Both the position numbers and the translations under genes were made by a program. The notes beneath the pieces are model-generated. The model was not told the DNA's origin, ran no database searches, and was given only the letters and a program-made list of their open reading frames with translations. A DNA stretch of 64,000 nt from Octopus vulgaris (taxonomy: Eukaryota): assembly GCA_951406725.2 (NCBI GenBank), contig OX597836.1:3596001-3660000 (forward strand), in the 5' to 3' direction. Position 1 is the first letter of the stretch. Every line of letters begins with the position of its first letter. Below are positions 12,490-27,919 of this stretch, piece after piece.

Positions 12490-12899
12490 TGGTAAGCACC
12501 GAGAGAAAGAAAGAAAAGGAAGACAGAAAAAACAAGGAAGGAAGGAAAGAGAGGGAGGGGAGAGAGAGGAGGAAAGGAGTTAGAGAGGGATGGGTGGAGG
12601 GACAGAGCCAGGGTGGGAGAAAGGAAGGCAGAAAGAAAGTAAGAAAGCGACGGAGAGAGGAAGGCGGGAAGGAAGAAAAAAAAAGAAACAAACAAACAAA
12701 CAAGGAAAGGTAGGGTGAGACGGGTGGAGTTAGGGGGGAGGGAATAACAAAGGGGAAGAGAGATAGGGAGGGGAGGGAGAAAGGAAGGAAGGTGGGGAGT
12801 TCTTAAGGGGTTTTATTCTTGCTGTGACCATTTGGACATATCCTCTGTATTTTTGCAATGTCCATAATGAATATTTTGAATAAAACTCAACATTTGGGC

Positions 12900-12974
<75 letters not shown>

Positions 12975-13160
12975 GATATTTCCTAACAGTTCAGTTTTGT
13001 ATTTTTTTTTTTTTTCTTATTTTATCTAGTTTCAGCTCACGAGCTGTGGCCATGCTGGGGCACCGCCAATTTCTTTCGGGTTTTGCACGTTAATAAAAAA
13101 AAAAAAATAACCACGAAAAAAATAGAAATTTACAAATGATATAAACAGAAATACATGTGA
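12490..13160 (+). pseudogene. Internally deleted copy of the gene cassette
   Basis: GA-rich upstream block fused at ~12790 to the distal 3' flank (ggtggggagttcttaaggggttttattcttgct). Proximal promoter, ORF and proximal 3' flank are absent. Confidence 0.7.
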
Positions 13161-13164
13161 GCGC

Positions 13165-13765
<601 letters not shown>

Positions 13766-14006
13766 CTGAGGGTGTGGACAATTACTCTTTTACTTGTTTC
13801 AGTCATTTGACTGCGGCCATGCTGCAGCACCGCCTTTTCAGTCGAGCAAATCGACCCCAGGACTTATTTTTTGTAAGCCTAGTATTTATTCTATCGTTTT
13901 TCCTTTTGCCGGGCCGCTAAGTGACGGGGACGTAAACACACCAGCATCGGTTGTCAAGCAATGTTGGGGGGACAAACACAGACACACAAACTCACATACG
14001 CACGCA

Positions 14007-14102
<96 letters not shown>

Positions 14103-14305
14103 AGTAGAAAAATGAAATATCTTTTTATGGATAATTCGTTTAACCGATACCTGGGTAGCAAATTCACATCAGAAATAACACGGTTGAAGTTACGTGCCTA
14201 GGGCAGAGACTACCTGTTTTCGTGTGGAAATTTGTGTGTATTTTTATAAAATTTATGAAGAAATGAAAGAATGGAGTTGAACGACAAATTAACAAATTTC
14301 CTTTA

Positions 14306-14388
14306 TTTTCGACATATGTTTCGAAGGCTGCATATTCCTAATTGTGAAGGAATAAGGAGTACATTATGCCGCTTTCTCATCAGGAAAA
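14306..14388 (-). ncRNA. Type I hammerhead ribozyme
   Basis: Minus strand ttttc CTGATGA gaaagcggcataatgt...gccttc GAAA CATATG TC gaaaa. Confidence 0.8.
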
Positions 14389-15275
14389 ACAAGGAATTTA
14401 TGTCAACATCAAGATTCACAAAAAATTTTAGATGACTGCTCTCACGGAGCGCATAGCGATAATGATAATGAGTGTCTCTTTAATATTCCTTTATAAGGAG
14501 TGACGTCAAACTGGTTGAATGTAGAAAATTCTAGAAGGTTCTAAAGGTTCAAGTGTTCAAACGAAGTAGGGGGAGAGAGGCCTAAGAAAAGTAAGGTGAT
14601 TTGGAACAGGTCGTATGTATGGTGGGTTTTGTTGAATTCTTTTGTGAATGAGTGTCTGTGTGAGTGAATGAATATAACTGTATTAATACCTATGTGTGTG
14701 TATGTGTGTGCGTGAATGTGTATGTGGATGGGTAGATGTCAAAAAAACAGATAGTGGTGTTGTAGCAGATACTACCCAATCCATTGAGGTTTGTTTTGTC
14801 CTTTGTCCCAATACCTCGCCCTCCTCTTTCTCTTTCTCTTTCTTTTTCTCTCTCTTTCCCTCTATCTATAGTAATCAAGCACACAGACATATATCTGCTA
14901 CAACACCACTATCTGTTTTTTTTTGACATCTACCCATCCACATACACATTCACGCACACACATACACACACATAGGTATTAATACAGTTATATTCATTCA
15001 CTCACACAGACACTCATTCACAAGAGAATTTAACAAAACCCACCATACATACGACCTGTTCCAAATCACCTTACTTTTCTTAAGCCTCTCTCCCCTACTT
15101 CGTTTGAATACTTGAACCTTTAGAACCTTCTAGAATTTTCTACATTCAACCAGTTTGACGTCACTCCTTACAAAGGAATATTAAAGAGACACTCATTATC
15201 ATTATCGCTATGCGCTCCGTGAGAGCAGTCATCTAAAAGTTTTTGTGAATCTTGATGTTGACATAAATTCCTTGT

Positions 15276-15358
15276 TTTTCCTGATGAGAAAGCGGGATAA
15301 TGTACTCCTTATTCCTTCACAATAAGGAATATGCAGCCTTCGAAACATATGTCGAAAA
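15276..15358 (+). ncRNA. Type I hammerhead ribozyme
   Basis: Stem I ttttc/gaaaa; CTGATGA 15281-15287; GAAA 15342-15345; stem III ACATATGT; GUC ending at 15353. Confidence 0.85.
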
Positions 15359-15415
15359 TAAAGGAAATTTGTTAATTTGTCGTTCAACTCCATTCTTTCA
15401 TTTCTTCATAAATTT

Positions 15416-15487
<72 letters not shown>

Positions 15488-15489
15488 TT

Positions 15490-15584
<95 letters not shown>

Positions 15585-15931
15585 GACGGGCTTCTTTCAG
15601 TCTCCGTCTACCTAATCCACAAACAAGGCTTTGGTAATTTTCTTTCTGATTTCAGTCATTCCACTGCGACCATACTGGAACACCGCCTTTAGTCGAACAT
15701 ATCGACGCCAAAACATATTCTTTGTAAGGCTAGTACTTATTCTATGGATTTCTTTTGCCGAAACCCTAAGTTATGGGGCATAAACGCACCAGCATCGGTT
15801 GTCGAGCGATGGTGGGGTGGATATACACACACAAATCTACTATACAATACTATAATAATAGAAGACACTGGCCCAAGAGGCAAAGCAGTGGAACTGAACC
15901 CAAAACGATGTGGTTGGTAAGCACTCCTGCG

Positions 15932-16458
<527 letters not shown>

Positions 16459-16483
16459 GACAGAGAGATAGACAGATAGATAG

Positions 16484-16527
<44 letters not shown>

Positions 16528-16737
16528 GAATATATGTTTGTGTGTGTGTATATATATATATATCTGTCTGTCTATCTCTCTGTCTACTGTGCACATGCAC
16601 ACATACATACATACATACATACATACATACATACATACATACATACATACATGCATACATAGACACATACATATGTACTTGTGCGTAGATATATAATATA
16701 TATATGTGTATATATAATATACATATGTAATGTATAT

Positions 16738-17110
16738 AGGTGCAGAAGTGGCTGTGTGTTGAGTAGATGGCATACCAACCAAATGGTTCCTGGTTCAGTC
16801 CCATTGAATAGCACCTTGAGCAAGTATCTTTTACTATAGCCACGGGCTTACCAAAGACTTGTGAGTGGATTTGGGAGACGGAAACTGAAAGAAACCCGTC
16901 GTATATATATATGGGGGTGGTATGTTTGTGCTTGTCCCCCAACATCACTTGACAACCAATGCTGGTGTTTTTAAATCCCCGTAACGTAGCGGTTCCGCAA
17001 AAGAGACCGATAGGATAAGTACTTGGCTTACAAAGAATAAGTCCTTTGGTCGGTTTGTTCGACTAATGGCGGTGCTCTAGCATGGCCGCATTCAAATAAC
17101 TATAGCAAGT
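16738..17110 (+). mobile_element. SINE family A, full length (mirrored at ~23650-24028 minus)
   Basis: aggtgcagaagtggctgtgtgttg...tggttcagtccc...accttgagcaag...gctctagcatggccgca. Confidence 0.8.
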
Positions 17111-17161
17111 AATAGAATATATATATGTATGTATAAATATATACATGTATGTATGTATGTA

Positions 17162-17206
<45 letters not shown>

Positions 17207-17306
17207 ATATATATATATATTTATGCATATATGACATATATATATGCATGCATATGTATATATAAATAAATATATATATATATATATGTATACATATAAA
17301 TACATG

Positions 17307-17391
<85 letters not shown>

Positions 17392-17466
17392 ACATATAAA
17401 CATATATGCATGTATATATATATATATATATATATACATGTTGAATTTTCTGCTGCTTAAAATAAA

Positions 17467-17503
<37 letters not shown>

Positions 17504-18234
17504 TGCAGGATTGGTTGTGTGGTACGTAGGTCGCTTACCAACTATAGCCTCGTATAGTAGTTCTGTGTGTGTGTTTGTCCACCCCCAACTCACTATCGTT
17601 TGACAAACGGCGTTGGTGTGTTTACGTCCCCGTAAATTAACGGTTCGGCAAAGGAAAACGATAGAATAAGTACTAGCCTTACAAACAATAAGTCCTGGGG
17701 TCGATCTCTTCAACTAAAGTCGGTGTTCCAGCATGGCCTCACTGGAATGACTGAAACAGTTAAATGAAAAAGAATTCCACGTATCTACACCCTCGGATAT
17801 GTGTGTGTGTGGGTGCGCGCACTCGTATGTATTTATGTTTGTATTATTTATAATTTTCTGTTTTTTTGTGGTTAATTTTTTTTCTTTATTTAAGCGCAAA
17901 ACCTGAAAGAAATGACAACAAAACCGAATTGTTAGAAAATATTTTTATTATTATTAATATTAACACAAATGCTGAGTTTTATTCAAAATATCCATTATGG
18001 ACATAAATCCCCTTAAGAACTCCCCACCTTCCCGACCCCCAAAATATATTTCCAATTTGAAAAACCAAAGAATTTGTATGATGATATTTAAAAAAAGGAA
18101 AAAAAAGAAGAAATCATCAAAATCTCAATGTTGAGACGGGATCGTCTCTTACATGTCTTATCACATCTCTTAGATGAGCAAAACTCTTTGCAGTACCTAC
18201 AAAAGTTTCATACCAGTTATATCAACGACACTTT

Positions 18235-18876
18235 TCAATGTTTAACTTCCTGCAACCTGTTCATTTGCAATAAGCTTCTTTCGTGTCTTCTCAGCAAGAA
18301 CTTCATCCAATGTAATTTCGAATAATCCACCAGTTCTTCCACTTCTTCGTCTCTCTCATCTTCTCTCTTCACATTTCCTTCTTCGACCAGCCTCGGCGGC
18401 ACGACGGTCGTTTTCTCTGGGATTCCATCTTCTTGTTTAGAGTTCGAGGGACGAGGAAATTCACTCGACGCTTGCTGACACAATTCAACAGTTGAGTTCT
18501 GGCAATAGCGACAACATTTCCGATCAATAGTGATGTAACCACATTCACCACACTTCACACATTGTAAGTTGATAACTTCCATTCCGAAGGGATGGTCATA
18601 AACAGCATTCTCATATTGAACATGGTTCTCTCGTGGTTGATTGCTGTGGGTTCCAGGTTCAAATCCATACGGCTGATAGTCTGCCGATTTCGTGTCTTCC
18701 TTCTCGATTGCTTCTACCAAATTCTCCATAGACCTGGACACATCTTTAATCTTCTCGTTACTCAGTAAATTCTGGTCTCCTGCAACTTTTCCTTGCTCTT
18801 CGTTCTGATTGAAGAAATCAGCTTCTTTCTCTCCACCGCACTCCACCTCTTCATCTGATCTCTGGAATTTCATCAT
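18235..18876 (-). CDS. Unknown protein, 213 aa, family copy 2 (left palindrome arm)
   Basis: Intact ORF homologous to copy 1; C-terminus LLQMNRLQEVKH. Confidence 0.75.
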   Translation of the reverse strand: MMKFQRSDEEVECGGEKEADFFNQNEEQGKVAGDQNLLSNEKIKDVSRSMENLVEAIEKEDTKSADYQPYGFEPGTHSNQPRENHVQYENAVYDHPFGMEVINLQCVKCGECGYITIDRKCCRYCQNSTVELCQQASSEFPRPSNSKQEDGIPEKTTVVPPRLVEEGNVKREDERDEEVEELVDYSKLHWMKFLLRRHERSLLQMNRLQEVKH

Positions 18877-18901
18877 ATTTGGTTACTTGTTCTCACTTGG
18901 C

Positions 18902-18908
18902 TTTTATA
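18902..18908 (-). promoter_or_regulatory. TATA-box-like TATAAAA, copy 2
   Basis: Starts 32 nt before the ATG. Confidence 0.5.
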
Positions 18909-19326
18909 AACCCGAAGATAAAATATACGATGGCAATAGTAGTAGTTGTGGTAGCGGAGACTTCTAACGCTGGAGATTTCGTAGATGTGTGTAAGGCGAG
19001 GCGAACTGAAGGTATGTGGTTTCGGCTCAAAGTTCGGGCTTTTTATGAAGGGACACACAATGCCGTTCCTTAAAACCACGTGCGCTCGGGTTTGTTTTTG
19101 CTTTTCTTTGTTTCTTTCTTTCTTAATATCATTTCTTTGTCTTTCCTTCCTTCTTTCATTTATTCATTAATTTCTCTCTTACTCCTTCCCTCTTTAACTC
19201 CTCCTTCCTACCCTTCTCTAAAACATCTCCCTCCTTGTTACCACCCTCCTTTCACCCTACCTGTTTCCCTCCTTCTTTCTTTCTTTATTCCTGAGGTGAC
19301 CACTGACTGTTGATTGAATCGAATAT

Positions 19327-19391
<65 letters not shown>

Positions 19392-19673
19392 CGTGTGTGT
19401 GTGTGAGCGTGTGTGTGTGTATGCATATATAATGTATATACATAAATATATGTGTACATGTGTATATGTTTATATATATATATACAGGTATATATGTGTG
19501 GGTATATATCTATAGATATATTTATGTATGTCGACACATATCTATATGTATGTGTGTGTATAATTATATATGTATGTGTACACGCACATATGTATATATA
19601 TGTATATATGTGTGTATAGATATATGTTTATGTTTGTGTGTATATATATTATATGTATGTATATGTTTGTGTG

Positions 19674-19704
<31 letters not shown>

Positions 19705-19935
19705 GTTGATCTGTATGTATATATATATATATATACATTCTTTTATTCTTCTACTTGTTTCAGTCATTTGACTGTGGCCATGCTGGAGCACCGCCTTTTA
19801 GTCGAGCAAATCGACCCCAGGACTTATTCTTTGTAAGCCTAGTACTTATTCTATCGGGCTCTTTTGACAAACCGCTTGGTAACGGGGACGTAAACACACC
19901 AGCGGTGTTGAAGGGACAAACACAGACACACAAAC

Positions 19936-20708
<773 letters not shown>

Positions 20709-21232
20709 GTTTGTGTGTCTGTGTTTGTCCCTTCAACACCACTGGTGTGTTTATGTCCCCGTTACCAAGCGGTTTGTCAAAAGAGCCCGATAGAATAAGT
20801 ACTAGGCTTACAAAGAATAAGTCCTGGGGTCGATTTGCTCGACTAAAAGGCGGTGCTCCAGCATGGCCACAGTCAAATGACTAAAACAAGTAGAAGAATA
20901 ACAGAATGTATATATATATATATATACATACAGATCAACATATATATATATATACACAAACATATACATACATATAATATATATACACACAAACATTAAC
21001 ATATATCTATACACACATATATACATATATATACATATGTGCGTGTACACATACATATATAATTATACACACACATACATATAGATATTTGTCGACATAC
21101 ATAAATATATCTATAGATATATACCCACACATATATACCTGTATATATATATATAAACATACACACATGTACACATATATTTATGTATATACATTATATA
21201 TGCATACACACACACGCTCACACACACACACG

Positions 21233-21285
<53 letters not shown>

Positions 21286-21703
21286 ATATTCGATTCAATC
21301 AACAGTCAGTGGTCACCTCAGGAATAAAGAAAGAAAGAAGGAGGGAAACAGGTAGGGTGAAAGGAGGGTGGTAACAAGGAGGGAGATGTTTTAGAGAAGG
21401 GTAGGAAGGAGGAGTTATAGAGGGAAGGAGTAAGAGAGAAATTAATGAATAAATGAAAGAAGGAAGGAAAGACAAAGAAATGATATTAAGAAAGAAAGAA
21501 ACAAAGAAAAGCAAAAACAAACCCGAGCGCACGTGGTTTTAAGGAACGGCATTGTGTGTCCCTTCATAAAAAGCCCGAACTTTGAGCCGAAACCACATAC
21601 CTTCAGTTCGCCTCGCCTTACACACATCTACGAAATCTCCAGCGTTAGAAGTCTCCGCTACCACAACTACTACTATTGCCATCGTATATTTTATCTTCGG
21701 GTT

Positions 21704-21710
21704 TATAAAA
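21704..21710 (+). promoter_or_regulatory. TATA-box-like TATAAAA, copy 3
   Basis: gggtttTATAAAAgcc context; starts 32 nt before ATG 21736. Confidence 0.5.
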
Positions 21711-21735
21711 GCCAAGTGAGAACAAGTAACCAAAT

Positions 21736-22377
21736 ATGATGAAATTGCAGAGATCAGATGAAGAGGTGGAGTGCGGTGGAGAGAAAGAAGCTGATTTCTT
21801 CAATCAGAACGAAGAGCAAGGAAAAGTTGCAGGAGACCAGAATTTACTGAGTAACGAGAAGATTAAAGATGTGTCCAGGTCTATGGAGAATTTGGTAGAA
21901 GCAATCGAGAAGGAAGACACGAAATCGGCAGACTATCAGCCGTATGGATTTGAACCTGGAACCCACAGCAATCAACCACGAGAGAACCATGTTCAATATG
22001 AGAATGCTGTTTATGACCATCCCTTCGGAATGGAAATCATCAACTTACAATGTGTGAAGTGTGGTGAATGTGGTTACATCACTATTGATCGGAAATGTTG
22101 TCGCTATTGCCAGAACTCAACTGTTGAATTGTGTCAGCAAGCGTCGAGTGAATTTCCTCGTCCCTCGAACTCTAAACAAGAAGATGGAATCCCAGAGAAA
22201 ACGACCGTCGTGCCGCCGAGGCTGGTCGAAGAAGGAAATGTGAAGAGAGAAGATGAGAGAGACGAAGAAGTGGAAGAACTGGTGGATTATTCGAAATTAC
22301 ATTGGATGAAGTTCTTGCTGAGAAGACACGAAAGAAGCTTATTGCAAATGAACAGGTTGCAGGAAGTTAAACATTGA
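21736..22377 (+). CDS. Unknown protein, 213 aa, family copy 3 (right palindrome arm)
   Basis: Intact ORF. Differs from copy 2 by F4L and one V-to-I change; AATAAA ~250 nt downstream. Confidence 0.75.
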   Translation: MMKLQRSDEEVECGGEKEADFFNQNEEQGKVAGDQNLLSNEKIKDVSRSMENLVEAIEKEDTKSADYQPYGFEPGTHSNQPRENHVQYENAVYDHPFGMEIINLQCVKCGECGYITIDRKCCRYCQNSTVELCQQASSEFPRPSNSKQEDGIPEKTTVVPPRLVEEGNVKREDERDEEVEELVDYSKLHWMKFLLRRHERSLLQMNRLQEVKH

Positions 22378-23108
22378 AAAGTGCCGTTGATATGACTGGT
22401 ATGAAACTTTTGTAGGTACTACAAAGAGTTTTGCTCATCTAAGAGATGTGATAGGACATGTAAGAGACGATCCCGTCTCAACATTGAGATTTTGATGATT
22501 TCTTCTTTTTTTTTCCTTTTTTTAAATATCATCATACAAATTCTTTGGTTTTTCAAATTGGAAATATATTTTGGGGTCGGGAAGGTGGGGAGTTCTTAAG
22601 GGGATTTATGTCCATAATGGATATTTTGAATAAAACTCAGCATTTGTGTTAATATTAATAATAATAAAAATATTTTCTAACAATTCGGTTTTGTTGTCAT
22701 TTCTTTCAGGTTTTGCGCTTAAATAAAGAAAAATAATTAACCACAAAAAAACAGAAAATTACAAATAATACAAACATAAATACATACGAGTGCGCGCACC
22801 CACACACACACATATCCGAGGGTGTAGATACGTGGAATTCTTTTTCTTTTAACTGTTACAGTCATTCCAGTGAGGCCATGCTGGAACACCGACTTTAGTT
22901 GAAGAGATCGAACCCAGGACTTATTGTTTGTAAGGCTAGTACTTATTCTATCGTTTAACTTTGCCGAACCGTTAATTTACGGGGACGTAAACACACCAAC
23001 GCCGTTTGTCAAGCGATAGTGAGTTGGGGGTGGACAAACACACACACAGAACTACTATACGAAGCTATAGTTGGTAAGCGACCTACTTACCACACAACCA
23101 ATCCTGCA

Positions 23109-23199
<91 letters not shown>

Positions 23200-23281
23200 T
23201 TTATTTTAAGCAGCAGAAAATTCAACATGTATATATATATATATATATATATATACATGCATATATGTTTATATGTATACA

Positions 23282-23341
<60 letters not shown>

Positions 23342-23393
23342 TAATATATATATATATATACATGTATATATATTTATATGTATACATATATAT

Positions 23394-23424
<31 letters not shown>

Positions 23425-23536
23425 CATGTATATATATTTATATGTATACATATAAATATATATATATATATATTTATTTATATATACATATGCATGCATA
23501 TATATATGTCATATATGCATAAATATATATATATAT

Positions 23537-23569
<33 letters not shown>

Positions 23570-24284
23570 CATACATACATACATGTATATATATATATAT
23601 ATATACATACATACATACATGTATATATTTATACATACATATATATATTCTATTACTTGCTATAGTTATTTGAATGCGGCCATGCTAGAGCACCGCCATT
23701 AGTCGAACAAACCGACCCAAGGACTTATTCTTTGTAAGCCAAGTACTTATCCTATCGGTCTCTTTTGCGGAACCGCTACGTTACGGGGATTTAAAAACAC
23801 CAGCATTGGTTGTCAAGTGATGTTGGGGGACAAGCACAAACATACCACCCCCATATATATATACGACGGGTTTCTTTCAGTTTCCGTCTCCCAAATCCAC
23901 TCACAAGTCTTTGGTAAGCCCGTGGCTATAGTAAAAGATACTTGCTCAAGGTGCTATTCAATGGGACTCAACCAGGAACCATTTGGCTGGTATGCCATCT
24001 ACTCAACACACAGCCACTTGTGCACCTATATACATTACATATGTATATTATATATACACATATATATATTATATATCTATGCACAAGTACATATGTATGT
24101 GTCTATGTATGTATGTATGTATGTATGTATGTATGTATGTATGTGTGCATGTGCACAGTAGACAGAGAGATAGACAGACAGATAGATATATATATATATA
24201 TATATAAACACAAACATATATTCATGTGTATGTATATATATATATATATACATATAACTATCTATCTGTCTATCTCTCTGTCTA

Positions 24285-24375
24285 CTGGGCACATGCACAC
24301 ATACATACATACATACACACATATGTACTTGTGCATAGATATATAATATACATATGTATATATATACAGATCTAC

Positions 24376-24406
<31 letters not shown>

Positions 24407-24600
24407 ATTAAATATATACATACATATAATATATACACACAAACATAGGCATATATCTATACACACACATATACATATAGATATGTGTCGACATACATAA
24501 ATATATCTGTAGATATATACCCACACATATATACCCGTATATATATACATACACACATGCTCACATATTTATGTATATACATTATATATGCACACACATA

Positions 24601-24631
<31 letters not shown>

Positions 24632-24889
24632 CACGTATATTCGATTAAATCAAAAGTCAGTGGTCACCACGGAAAAAAAAGAAAGAAAGAAGAAGGGAGA
24701 CAGGTAGGGTGGAAGGAGGGAGGGAGGTGTGTTAGGGAGGGGTAGGAAGGAGAAGTTAAAGAGGGAAGGAGTAAGAGAGAAATGAATGAATGAATGAATG
24801 AAAGAAGGAAGGAAAGAAAAAGAAAGGATTTTAAGAAAGAAAGAAACAAAAGAAGGCAAAAACAAACCCGAGTCACGTGATTCTAAGGA
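24285..24889 (+). pseudogene. Upstream-only remnant of the gene cassette
   Basis: Matches ~26560-27078 (tattcgattaaa..caaaagtcagtggtcaccacgg...aaacccgagt) and stops ~200 bp before where the ORF would start. Confidence 0.75.
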
Positions 24890-27248
24890 TCTGCGATTTC
24901 ATTGGTTAAAATTCTTCAAATTAAACTACGTTTAAGTTACGAATTACAATTTTGTTTTCAATTTTGTTTACAACAATGTTTTCCTTTGACACATTCTACC
25001 AGTATACGAAGTTTCAAATTGTTTAGTTAACTAGGAAAATCTGGCCTTCAAAATGAAAAGATCCGCCTAGTATTTATTCTATCGGTCACTTTGGCCGAAC
25101 CTGCAACTTACGGAGAGGTAAACACACCAACATCGGTTGTCAAGCGATCGTGGGGTACAAACACAGACACATTTATGTATAAATATATGCATACATATAT
25201 ACGACGGGCTTCTTTCAGTTTCCGAGTACCAAATTCACTCACAAGGATTTGGTCGGCCCGAGGCTAAAGTAGAAGACACCTGTCCAAGGTGTCACGCAGC
25301 GGGACCGAACCTGGAATCTTGTGGTTGGGAAGCAAGATTCTTACCAATCCTTCGCCTATAATATGTGTGTGTATGTATGTATGTATGATTGTATGTATGT
25401 ATGTATGTATGTATGAATGTATGTATGAATGTATGTATGTATGTATGTATGTATGTATGTATATATGTATGTATGTATGTATGTATGTGTGTGTGTGTGT
25501 GTGTGTGTTTGTGTTTTGTCTCGCAACACCTCTTGGCAACCGGTGGTGGTAGATTTCCGTCCCGTAACCTAACGGTTCGGCGAAATAAACCGATAGAAGA
25601 AGTTCCTGGCCTAAATAGAAAAATAAGTACCGAGGTCGATTCACTCGACTAAAACAAAAAAATTTCAATGCCGTGCTCCAGCATGGCCGGAGTTTAATGA
25701 CTGTAACACGTACAAGATAAAACATGTTATTAGTAGATACAAAAGTGTCACCACCTCAAACATACTTAAGGCTGATTCGAACCCGTAACGAAGACATTCA
25801 GTACATTTTATCATTAAGAAACTTTCCGACGGGAAATTTTCTGCATGACAGTGAACGCACCCCCCTTGACCATCGTCCGTGAGGTATATTCGAACCCTCA
25901 TGGACGGTGGTCAACAGAAGGTCACCTACATAAGCTGAATTGTTTCCATTTTGCAAACTTCTTTTTCTTTTCTTTTCACTTCATGATGATGGGGGAAAGA
26001 TTTTTATTAAAAAAAAACAAATTTTAATTTATAAACTTTTTGATGCCCCAAACCTCACCCCCACTTCTACCTTTCCTTGAGGTCATGAGGAGGGCATTTT
26101 CAATTTTTTCCCTTTTATTTTTCTTGCTCTACTCAATTAAAAACGATGAACCAAGTCATTTTTTTTATATATGTATACATATATTCTTTTCTTTATTTAT
26201 TCCTTTATTTCTTTCAGTCATTTGACTGCGGCCATGCTGTAGCAACGCCATTAGTCGAACAAATCGATCCAAACACTTATTTTTTGTAAGCCTTGTACTT
26301 ATTCTATCGGTCTCTTTTGCTGAACCGCTAAGCTACGGGGATGTAAACACACCAGCATCGGTTGTCAAGCGATGTTAGAGGAGAACCACAGACACACACA
26401 CACACATACAGATATATTATATATACATATATATATATTATATATATACGCACAAGTACATAGTGTGTATGTATGTATGTATGTATGTATGTATGTATCT
26501 GCATGTGTCCAGTAGACAGATAGATAGACAGACAGATAGATAGTTATATATATACACAAAAACATATATTCATGTATATATATATATATATATATACAGA
26601 TCTACATCTATATACAAACACAAACATATACATACATATAATATATATGCACACAAAAATAAACTTATATCTATACACACACATATACATATAGATCTGT
26701 GTTGACATACATAAATATATAGATATATATCCACAAATATATACCCGTATATATATACATACACACATGTACACATATATTAATGTATATACATTATATA
26801 TGCATACACACACACACACGTATATTCGATTAAAACAAAAGTCAGTGGTCACCACGGGAAAAAAGAAAGAAAGAAAGAAAGAAGGAGGGAGACAGGTAGG
26901 GTGGAAGGAGGGAGGGAGGTGTGTTAGGGAGGGGTAGGAAGGAGAAGTTAAAGAGGGAAGGAGTAAGAGAGAAATGAATGAATGAATGAAAGAAGGAAGG
27001 AAAGAAAAAGAAAGGATTTTAAGAAAGAAAGAAACAAAAGAAGGCAAAAACAAACCCGAGTGCACGTGATTGTAAGGAACGGCATTGTGTGTCCCTTCAT
27101 AAAAGGGCTGAACTTTGAGCCTAAAATCACATACCTTCAATTCGCCTCGCCTTACACACATCTACGAAATCTCCAGCGCTAGAAGACTTCGCTACCACCA
27201 CTACTACTATTGCCATCGTATATTTTATCTTCTGCTCATCTTCGGGTT

Positions 27249-27255
27249 TATAAAA
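27249..27255 (+). promoter_or_regulatory. TATA-box-like TATAAAA, copy 4
   Basis: Starts 32 nt before ATG 27281. Confidence 0.5.
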
Positions 27256-27280
27256 GCCAAGCGAGAACAAGGAACCAAAT

Positions 27281-27919
27281 ATGATGAAATTCCAGAGATC
27301 AGATGAAGAGGTGGAGTGCGGTGGAGAGAAAGAAGCTGATTTCTTCAATCAGAACGAAGAGCAAGGAAAAATTGCAGGAGACCAGAATTTATTGAGTAAC
27401 GAGAAGAAGATTAAAGATGAGTCCAGGTCTATGGAGAATTTGGTAGAAGCAATCGAGAAGGAAGACACGATATCCTCAGACTATCAGCCGTATGAATTTG
27501 AACCTGGAACCCAAAGCAATCAACCACGAGAGAGCCATGTTCAATATGAGAATGCTGTTTATGACCATCCCTTTGGAATGGAAGTCATCAACTTACAATG
27601 TGTGAAGTGTGGTGAATGTGGTTACATCACTATTGATCGGAAATGTTGTCTCTATTGCCAGAACTCAACTGTTGAATTGTGTCAGCAAGCGTCGAATGAA
27701 TTTCCTCGTCCCTCGAACTCTAAACAAGAAGATGGAATCCCAGAGAAAACGACCGTCGTTCCGCCGAGGCTGGTCGAAGAAGGAAATGCGAGGAGAGAAG
27801 ATGAGAGAGACGAAGAACTGGAAGAACTGGTGGATTATTCAAAATTACATTGGATGAAGTTCTTGCTGAGAAGACACGAAAGAAGCTTATTTGCAAATGA
27901 ACAGGTTGCAGGAAGTTAG
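27281..27919 (+). CDS. Unknown protein, 212 aa, family copy 4
   Basis: Intact ORF; shares EKKIK and the LFANEQVAGS C-terminus with copy 1. Confidence 0.75.
   Translation: MMKFQRSDEEVECGGEKEADFFNQNEEQGKIAGDQNLLSNEKKIKDESRSMENLVEAIEKEDTISSDYQPYEFEPGTQSNQPRESHVQYENAVYDHPFGMEVINLQCVKCGECGYITIDRKCCLYCQNSTVELCQQASNEFPRPSNSKQEDGIPEKTTVVPPRLVEEGNARREDERDEELEELVDYSKLHWMKFLLRRHERSLFANEQVAGS

Larger units (their letters stand above)
14101..15422. mobile_element. Penelope-like element relic forming a ~530 bp-arm inverted repeat
   Basis: 14243-14772 is inverted at 14891-15422 (spacer ~118 bp), with a hammerhead in each arm. Diverged relative of 4122-5100. Confidence 0.8.

Noticed and set aside
22051-22134. 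Assigning the Cys cluster to a named zinc finger (C2H2, RING, GATA, DM, Nanos)
   Set aside because: The spacing CxxCxxC-x8-CCxxC-x7-C fits none of these, and the cluster is mostly absent in the old paralog.
22464-22479. Histone 3' stem-loop
   Set aside because: Lacks the GGYYYTTTTHARRRCC consensus, and the ORF is not a histone.
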